A stretch of DNA of 64,000 bases from Paraspadella gotoi (lineage: Eukaryota > Animalia > Chaetognatha), in the NCBI GenBank assembly GCA_051294375.1, contig CM119266.1, forward strand, positions 14,674,755 through 14,738,754, in the 5' to 3' direction. Below the pieces are notes generated by a model, which was given only the letters and a program-made list of their open reading frames with translations, made no database searches and was not told where the DNA came from. Below are positions 54,279 through 64,000 of this stretch, one piece after another (position 1 is the stretch's first letter; each line of letters starts with the position of its first letter). The position numbers were made by a program, and so were the translations under genes.

Positions 54279-55699
54279 TCGGTCGATCGTGCCCGAAATC
54301 CCTCTTCCGGCTCGTGGCATGCCGGCATGTTCTCGCCTGTCCGTCTATCACGAAAAAAACCACGTGTTCTTTTAATTTTTGCTTAATTTTTTTTCTCTCG
54401 CATTCGGTATTTCGCACGTTTCCTTTTCTAGGCCGACAAAATGTCGCGACATCGTCGAAACTATTCGACGTTTTCACTTGAAAATTTATTCTTAAAGTTA
54501 AACCCTTTTTTTCTTTGGAATTCGTTGTCGTAGTTCGCCGTGATCGAGACTAGTGAATGTAATTTGATTAATGAGGTCATGATCACGGTTTTCATATTTC
54601 TTCGATGTATTTATAAGAAATTGAAAAAGCTATTAGTAGTATTACAAGATAATGACATAGCAAGACCCTGGTTGTCATTTTGGTTCTGGTCGTTGTCATC
54701 TTCATCGTCATCTCCTTTTCCCCCGTCGCTGCTTACCCCCCCCCCCAAATCCGCTGCCAAATGTCCTCCTTTTTCTCGTCGACAAATTGTACTTTTGTCC
54801 TTAATTTTTCGTCGCGCCAAAACGCGATTCTTTTTTCTTTCTTCTCTAGGATAAGATTGAAGGGAGGAAATCCGAAGACCGGATCATTTTAAGAAAAAGG
54901 ATGAGAAATTCCAGGAAAAGAGGAAGCTTTTCTTAGAAATGTGGGCCTTTGTCATTTCGATAATTCATCGCTCCGTCTTGACCCAACAATTTCTTCTCCT
55001 TTTATTGTTTTTTAAACTATTAATTTAGGTCAATATTTGTCACCAAATGAAAACATTTAATTTATAATTTTTTTTTACGCTTTTTCTTTTTTCTTCGGTC
55101 ACCAATCCGAATTGTTTCATGTTCATGACAGGAAACGGAAGCAAAACAAAAAAACCTTCCAAAGCGCGCGCGATAGGAGAGAGAGAGAGAGAGCAATTAG
55201 CTTAAATTGCCAAGTCCTCATCGGTCCCGGTTCTTCTTCCTCCCCCCGTCCTTGAAAAAAAAATCTTCGGATTCGTCCAAACTCGAAACAATCGAGTTTC
55301 TTGTTTAGTTTTTTTTTATTTGTGTTTTTTTTTGTTTAATTTTTGTTCCAAGAAAAAATCTTTTTTTGATTTTTCATTCTAAATTGGTATGATAATCCTC
55401 TCAGTAGACTTTTTTTTTAATTACTTTTCTGGTTTAAATAAATTTGTTATATTAAATTTAACAAATAGTTTTGTTTTTTTCAAAGGTTTATTTGGCTTAT
55501 ATTTAACCCAAATTTAAAAATCCTTTTTTATTCCTCTTCTCGAGAGATTGTATGGCGATAAATTCCACTCCCGCTCTGCCTTCCTACGATTCTCCTCGAA
55601 CGCTGGCAATTGCAAAGGAGTTGCAGAGTTGCCAGAGATAAAAGTCCCATTTGCATATTTTGGTTGAAACGTTTATCTCAATCTGTTCTGACTCAAATT

Positions 55700-55734
<35 letters not shown>

Positions 55735-55866
55735 NNNNNNNNNNNNNNNNNNNNNNNNNNNNNNNNNNNNNNNNNNNNNNNNNNNNNNNNNNNNNNNNNN
55801 NNNNNNNNNNNNNNNNNNNNNNNNNNNNNNNNNNNNNNNNNNNNNNNNNNNNNNNNNNNNNNNNNN

Positions 55867-55897
<31 letters not shown>

Positions 55898-57287
55898 CTC
55901 CTTAAAACCCCGCCCGTGTGACGCTGATTGTTTGGACGACGACGACGACGAAACACGAGTTTCCCTTAAAATTAATCGATGCTGCGGAGGAATCCCTTCA
56001 TTTTCCGAGATTAAGGGGAAAGTCATTAAAATTCGGCTAATTTGTTTTGAAAAAAAAAATGAAACAGATAAAAAAATTAAACAAATGTACAATATGGGAG
56101 AAGTTGATGCTGCTAAGTTATCTACCCCACATTATATTTTTATTTATAACAATCTAAAGCTTCACAACATATTTTCTGCGTTTCTTATATTTGCTCCGTT
56201 CTTTATTTGTTTACGCAATTCGTTTTTGTAAACAAACGAAATTTGGGATCAAAGAAAGGTGATGCGGATTTAATTGAAAACAGATCCAAAATCTCGATCG
56301 AATAGAAATTTCGAAATTTGTTGAAAAATATATGTATTTTAATAAAAAATTTACATTCCAGTTTGCTTTTTAATCTTTACGCAGCATAAATCATAAAAAT
56401 ACATTATCAAAAAAAATTTAATTTAATTTACGAGTTTGAAATTTAATGCAGTTAATTTAGTAATAGTATTAAGCTTTTATAGAAAAACATCAGTAGACGA
56501 CTTGCTTGTAAAATGTGTTTTTTAGTCAAATCCTTCGTTCAACGGAAGAAACAGAACATGTAAAGTTTTTATAAAAAGAAATCTACCGAGTCATTAACGG
56601 GATTGCGAGTCATCAAAAATCCATTTCGGATAAAAAGGAAATAATAAAATCAATTTTGCGAGAAAAAAAATTGGAAAGAAAGATTCTTTCTTTCTCCCCT
56701 TCTTTTTTTTCTCTCTCTCGGTCTCTCTCTGTCTCTCTTTCTTTCTCCCCTTCCCCTCTCTCTCTTCCTCTCTCTCCCGCTCATGATCATTTTTTTTCTT
56801 TTCTTGTCTCTGGAAAATGAGTTTTCTGCCGTGGCTAATGACTGACGTAAGTTTTAATGCGATTTAAAATTTTCTTTTTTTTTTTAATATATAAATTATG
56901 GAAGGTATCTCAAAATCGTATTAAGATAACGATGGGTGAGGGGCGAGAGTTTATTACGCGGAGGCGCGTAATTACGAGAAGATTGGTTTTCAGATATAAG
57001 GTGAGATAAAGGAAATCAAAGTAAGATTAGACCGAGAGATATTGAGTTGAATTTCGGTTAACAAAGATAAACTATTGCAGGAATTTAAATATGTATAGTC
57101 AGCTCGTGGAGCAATGAACTGAAAGAATTTATAATCATGACTAAAAATTCCGATAAAACAAAACAAAATACAAATAAAATAAAAACAACAATTGAAATAC
57201 TGGGTAACTGACATCGTGTCTCGGCGGTGTAAAATCCATATATATGACAAAGACAAAAAACAAACTAACAAAAGAGGTCGCCCTTAC

Positions 57288-57369
57288 CTAAGTAATCGTA
57301 CATCCCGCGCCCGGCGGTGCCTGGGTTTTGGTGCATGAGGCCGGCGAGAGGGAGATGGCAGTCTAACAT
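57288..57369 (-). CDS. Candidate first coding exon MLDCHLPLAGLMHQNPGTAGRGMYDYL(G), product unknown
   Basis: ATG-initiated, non-repetitive, GC3-rich 27 codons ending in TAG|GTAAGG (phase-1 donor). A GC/CpG-rich block lies ~400-700 bp upstream on the minus strand. No homology recognised and no downstream exon identified. Confidence 0.3.
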
Positions 57370-57799
57370 TCGGTCGGTCGGTATGGGGACCAAAGCAGGG
57401 AAGACGGCAGCTGGATGGCAGAGAGATGGCGAAGATTTGTCAAGATGGCAGAGATGATGGAAGTGGCGAACGCGGAAGATGTCAAAGCACAAGTCAGAAA
57501 TGGCGATGGAGGTCTTAGACAATAATCCGATCCGTGAGAGAATATGTTTTCTTTTGTTTTTTTAGTTTATTTTCTTTTTTTTTATTTACGTTTCTTTCGT
57601 TGTTGTTGCGTCCACTTTACAGTTTAAATATTCTACAAGAAGAAGCCTAGTGTCTGTGAGGGGCGGCGACTCGAAAATTAACATTGTTGGTTTTTATTAG
57701 TAGGGTTTGTTGAAATGGAGCAGGGAGCCGGAGCTTCTTTTTAAAATTGCTATGATAAAAAATAAAGTGGCGTCGAAATGACAAAAGGGCAACGTCGAT

Positions 57800-58060
57800 T
57801 TGACGCGCGACGTCACGCACGTAAAAGACGTCGCTGGTGGGACGCCAGGAAAAAAAAAACGTCGGAAGCGGTTGACGTCGTCGTCGTCCTCGGCGGCGGC
57901 GGCGGCGTCTTCGGGCGGGGAAGGAAGTCAGCTGATTTGAGAACGCGCCAGATCGCGTCGCGAGGGAAGGCGCGAGGCTGGCTTCCCCGACGACGTCACG
58001 GAGCGAGATCCTCAACGTCGACCAATCCGAGGGCGAGATTCGGGTTTTTTACGCCGAGGA
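57800..58060. other. CpG-rich block with several GACGTC/CGTCA motifs next to a long (GA)n tract
   Basis: tgacgcgcgacgtcacg, ttgacgtcg and cgacgtcacgg, followed by (GA)n at ~58071-58163. Confidence 0.5.
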
Positions 58061-58067
58061 AAGGAGA

Positions 58068-58167
<100 letters not shown>

Positions 58168-58480
58168 AAAGGAGAAAAAAAGGTGTGAGAGATTGTTTCG
58201 TGTTTGCGTATTTTTTTCACCGACGTCGATCTACTTTTTATCGTCCTTTTTTTTTAAACGTGTCTCGCGAAAAGACGAGCGATGTAGAAGAAAAAGAGGG
58301 AGAGGGAGATATAGAGAGAGAGACACTCTCCGTATTTTTGTCGTCAAATATTCAACGATTCCACGATTTAGCGATTCGAGGATCGCTGGCGAGGAAAACT
58401 CGGAGCTCACGAACGGCGGTTGGCGTAGAGTGACGTGGCAAAGTGGCCGTAGCGGAATATCGTGGCGTAAAAAAAAAAAA

Positions 58481-58577
<97 letters not shown>

Positions 58578-59147
58578 AATAGTGCGAGTAGTTGTGTGGT
58601 TTTTTTTTCGGTGTAGAATTTGCGCCCAAATTCGGTTATATTCGTTTCTTTGAGAAGACAAAAAGGGGAAAAAGTGAGATTAATATCGAAAAAATTAATA
58701 ACAGGAGAAATAACACAGATATCGAAAAGAAAGAAAAAAAATTCCAAATTTCCCCTTCGATCCCGCGACCTCCCAGAAATAAAAACGAAAGAAGTTCGTT
58801 TGACCGAAGGCTAAAAAGAAAAATTCGAATTTCGTCGTGAGAAAAAATCAAAATCAAAATCGAATTCGATCAAAAATTTATTTTCTTTTTATTCTTTTTT
58901 TTTTCATTTGAAATTTTGTTTTTTTGTGGGCGAGGACTTTTTTCGAGGAAGGGCGACGATGAAAAAAAAATATCTGTGAAAAATCCTCTGGTCGAATTTC
59001 GCGCGTGAAATTAAAGACGAAAAAANNNNNNNNNNGGAGACGAGCTCTCTCTCTCTCTCTCTCTTTCTTTTTTCGTCCGGGGGAAGCCGTCCTACGATTA
59101 AAGCTGCTGCCGTTATCATGTCTCGGGACAGCAAGAGCTTTGAAACG

Positions 59148-59186
<39 letters not shown>

Positions 59187-59190
59187 AGAG

Positions 59191-59240
<50 letters not shown>

Positions 59241-59864
59241 GGAGTAAGTGAAAAAAAAACAACAACACTGTCTACGGATAAGCGAGCCGACGACGTTGTC
59301 GACGACGACGGGCGAGCCGCGACGAAAAACGACGACGAGACGATGAGGACGACGAAGACGACGACGAAACCTCAACGCATCGACGAGAGGAGGAAGAGTG
59401 GATGGAGGAAGAGGAAAGAACACTCTTCTGTTTGAGCAGAGAGAGAGAGACGAGAGAGTCAGAGAGAGATAGAGAGAGAGCTTGAAATGGGCCCCCTTTT
59501 TTTTCAAGGAAATAAAATTGCGAGCAGAGCACAAACACTTCCAGGATTCTGGGAGGAGAATTTTTAACTTGAAGAGGAAATGTAAATAAGACGAGGGAAG
59601 TAATGTAAAGAGGAATCAAGTCTTCTTTGGATGTTTGTATGGCGTATATATCGTTTATATAAAATTGCACGCTTACGTTTTGAAGGAGAAGACGATGAAT
59701 CAAAAAACCAAAGTGGATGACGAAATTTTTTTGAAGTCATCCTTACGACGGGAAATATAACATCGAGTTAACGAAAAGAAAAAGTCAGACAAAGTAAAAC
59801 TAATAAGAATGGAAAAAAAAGGATAAGAAAAGAATACAAAAAGAAAATGAGCCCAGATGGCGAA

Positions 59865-59926
<62 letters not shown>

Positions 59927-61307
59927 CTCTTATTTAGAAACTCTTTAAAATTAGTTGTGTTCAATATCCTTGAATTCGTATTCTCAAAAAATGCAGTCTT
60001 CTCTTTTCTTCTCCATCTTCTTCTCTCGTCTTTCGCGCCCAAAAAGGAGAAAAAAAAGTATGAAACTAAGAGAGGGAGGATCGGGGCTTCAGTTTTCTTT
60101 ATTATATTGAAATCCGATAAAAGAGATTTTTGTGTGTAAATGGATATCGACGCGGATAGGGAGGTGGGGTGTGTGGGGTGAGTGGGGTGTGTGGGGGTGT
60201 AAAGAAGGGAACCAAGTTCTGCGAATGATAGGTTTTAGTAGGGGTGTCTGTCTATACATTATATATATTGTATAATAAGAATTACTTCGATATGAAAATT
60301 TTAATTGCAGTTGTCATGTTACATGGTGATTTTATGATTTTTTAATGCGTGAAACCGTAATTTCGAGAACCCTATTTGGATTCAGCCCTTTCATATTATA
60401 TGAAACCACCTATTTACTAATTTTCGGATTAGTTAGTCAGTCATTAGTCAATCCGATAGTCAGGCAATCAGGCAGTCACTCAGTCAATCCAAAAAAAAAA
60501 CGAAAAAAGAAAGTTTGCATCACGCTTTCTCGCGAAATTCACCGAGTCAAAGAAAATAGTTTTAAAGGTGAAGAGACAAATCGATGGCCAAAAAAAAAGG
60601 CTTCGATTTGAGATTCGATTTTGTGTCACCCAAGACAAAAAAAAAGGAAAAAAAGGAGCCAAAGGAAAAAGAAAATAAGTCAGAATGGAAAAATGGAAAA
60701 CATTCGCGGAGACGCGAAAGAATGCGAGGAAAAGAAGGAAAAGTGGTCTTATTTGTTTAGGGAGAAATGTCTCTCTCTTTACTTAGTTCGGTTTTTTATT
60801 TGAATATTGATTCGATAATTTCATTCAGAATTTATTATCCTTTTTCAAAAAAACTTTTAATGGCATTCTAAATTAAACTTTAAAAAAAAATTGCTTCAAC
60901 TACATTTTTTTTATTGGTTTTCGTGAGTTACTTTCTTGTTTTTTTTCCCTTATTATTTGACTTTAATAGTCTGTTTTTTTTTTGGCTTTATTTGTCTTAA
61001 TTTGTTCTTCTTATATTTTCTATGTAACCTCTTTTATTTTAATTTTATATTTCGGCTTTATTTTTCTTTCTCCTATTTTCCCTCTTTCTTTTTCCCCCTT
61101 TCTCTCAACTTCCTTCATCCCTCTGTTTTTCATTTTCTCCCCACTTTGTTTTTTCTTTCTGGGGACGAGATGAAAGAATAACAAAAGGAGGCAGAAAAAT
61201 AAACTCAGGCCTCGAGTTTTTATGTTATTAATGTTTAACTGCTTCTTGTTGACATTTTTGCGAGTAGCAGCTGATGACGAAGGAAGAAAAAAGGACGAAG
61301 ACGACGA

Positions 61308-61339
<32 letters not shown>

Positions 61340-61595
61340 ATCCTTGCCTCGAACGACAAAGCTCTTATGAATTATTGCGTCTTAATTTCGAGAATCGAAG
61401 GAGTTTTTGTTTGCGTCTAAATGTTTTTAGGTGGATTGAATCGTGTCGACTCGAAAAGCTGACGACGATGACGACGATAACGATAACGACGACAGAAATG
61501 AAGATAATTGACGAAATTAAACTGGCATACACTGCAATTTATTCTTTTTTTTTTGTTCCGAATGTAATTTCGAAATGAAAGGCTCTCTTCTCTCT

Positions 61596-61660
<65 letters not shown>

Positions 61661-64000
61661 CGAGAGAGCGTTTTTGTTAATTTCAAACGACCCTCAAAGG
61701 TTCAATCATCGACGCTTAAGAATAGAAAGAAACTGGTTTCAATTAAAAAAGTTATTTGTTTAAGATATTTTTAGTTAATTACGACTTTAATTAAGAAGTA
61801 AGAATGCTATTGATTAGCTCTTACTTGTCTAATAAAAATTGGGACAGAAACTGGAGCTGACTTTTTCGGGTTTTGATTTTCTCTGAGTTGTGGCTTACTA
61901 AATTTTCATTATGTCGCTTTTGCCAACACCATCTTACGGCCCAAACCGAATGCGTAATTTCGAACAAAATCTCGCATCTCAATTTTGTGCCCCAAAATTT
62001 TCCCCTTCGTTTTTTTTCCCCATCAATTTTATCGACCTGAAAGAAAAAAAAATCTTCGTTTCAATTCCCTCGCATCCGGTAATTCGGATATTGTTATCTC
62101 TTCCTATTCCTCCCCTTAAAAAAAAAAGATAGAAATTTGGTTTTTGGAGAGAGAAAAAAAAAGGAAGAAATGTCAAAATTTGAGGATTTAGAATCCACCT
62201 GAGGCGAATCCGAGCAGAAATTTGCGTGTTTACAATTCGCCCGACGACGACGACGAAAACGAGGACGANNNNNNNNNNGACGACGACGATGATTACGACT
62301 GAAACCGCGGATCAAAGACAGTAAAAATTCATCATCCGTTCGAATGAAATACGGCCGTGTATACGACAATGACGACGACGAACGACGACGGAGACGAATG
62401 ATAACGACGGCGCAGATGAAGACGATGACGTCAAAAACGGGGCGAAGGACGAACGCTCAAGCTTCGGCGTTATCACCGACGATAGACGTTACAGATATCG
62501 CTACAGATATCGCTACAGATGATGCCTCAACATTTTTTTTTATAAATTGCTGCTATTAAAGTTTCGATGTTTATCTGGGTTTAAATCGCCCGCCCACGGA
62601 GCTTAAACAGTCGGACAGTTCGACGGAGTCAGGGACAAAAATATAATGAAATATGTATTATAATTCAATTTGAATAAAGCAGAAACGACAATAACGGAAG
62701 AATTATAGGATTTAGTCGATGATTCGATGAACGAAATCCGATCGTTGCTTCGAGAAATGGATGAACTCAATAATTGACCGTGACACAAATTAACTGACGT
62801 ACGGATGAAGTGCCCATCGACGGGGAAAAACGGACATTCCGACATATGGACGAGGAACGGTTGAAAAAGAACACTGAAACATTTCATTAGCGAAAATCTT
62901 TAACGTTGGATAAAAATACGTTGTCAGACGGAACCCATATACGGTATTAATATTTTAGAACAGTATAGTATAATAATGTATAAATATTAAACGTATCCAT
63001 GATCTGAAGTTTCCAGACTCAAAAAAAAGTAATGTCGAAGAGATTATTGATGTCCTCGTCGAACTGTTTGATCGATGAGCGATTGCGGTTCCTCCGTCAG
63101 AGATGGACGAAGATCACGAAGAAGAAAGGGAGGTGGAGAGGAAGATAAAGAGAGAGGGGATGAAAGATAGAATGGGTATTAGAGAGAGAGAGAGGGGACC
63201 TCGTTTCAACCACGTGCGCGACTGGTCACAGTGGTCAGGGGGTAATTGGTAAACGAATGACTCTTTAACGGAGACGAAGGGGGGGAGGTGAATGACTTTG
63301 GGAGGAGGGGAGGGGGAAATGAGGTGGAAGAGTGAGTAGGGGTGGGGTTTAGGGAGGGTGGTGGAATAGGAGAAGATTGAGTCGACTCACTCGATGGTCA
63401 ACAAGACGACGATTTAAGTCGGCAACCTGGCGGGAATGCGATTCCAGAAAAGGAGTAGGACCTTCCCTTTTTTTCCCTCTTTTCTCTGTCGCCTTCCATT
63501 TTTTTTCCTTCGATTCCCCACCCCTTTCTCTCTTCACCATCGCGCATCCATTCCATTCGGCTTTCACCCACGCCCCATCGCTCCCACCCCCCCTCGACCC
63601 ACGCTCTCCAAAGCATCCGAGTTGAGCGGAAAATCTTCGCGGTTCTCATCCATATGTAAATTCAATTACTGACGAACTTGTCATCGTCGTCGTCGTCGTC
63701 GTTGTCCCGCGCTTTCGTTGTCATAGGCCAGGGTAAATCGGGGGACAAATGAGCAAATAAAAATAAATAAAGTATAATAAAATATCCAGAAAAACGGAGG
63801 AAACTGCAAACAACTGTAAACACTGGACTGACTAAAATAAACGAAACAGCCAGAAAGACGACGCTGAAAGAAACTTCAATTATAATAATGACGATAATAA
63901 AGAGCTAAAATAACTTTTGATTGTAGTAAATAAAACAATACCATGTCTAGTGACGTTGTTTTTTTCCCAATCGATCAAATTTTAAAAATCAGTCCAACGG

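Noticed and set aside
53909-54481. Long RPSV/TDGR ORFs on both strands
   Set aside because: (GTCC)n has no stop codon in any frame.

Overview
This is eukaryotic, almost certainly animal, DNA from a draft assembly; a finer taxon cannot be assigned from the sequence. It is AT-rich yet CpG-rich and saturated with microsatellites: (GA)n, (CGT)n, (GAAA)n, (CCAT)n, (GTCC)n and (TTA)n. I recognise no protein-coding gene, RNA gene, CRISPR array or autonomous transposon, and nearly all listed ORFs are translations of simple repeats. About 2.7-20.7 kb is a mosaic of 2-5 direct and inverted, indel-ridden copies of one ~6 kb locus, and 23.3-25.3 kb is a second tandem duplicate. Both are associated with 25-N gaps and are best explained as long-read gap-filling artefacts. 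The best candidates for real structure are: (i) a ~2 kb symmetric, CpG-poor putative non-autonomous TIR/foldback element at 36783-38790 with palindromic GC-rich ends and an internal 18-bp array; (ii) a G-rich 11/17-bp minisatellite; (iii) several promoter-, enhancer- or insulator-like motif clusters (phased CCAAT boxes, CTCF-like sites, a GCCAT cluster); and (iv) one weak candidate first coding exon on the minus strand (57288-57369). The window looks like a large intron or regulatory gene desert. I cannot support a claim of a novel biological system here.
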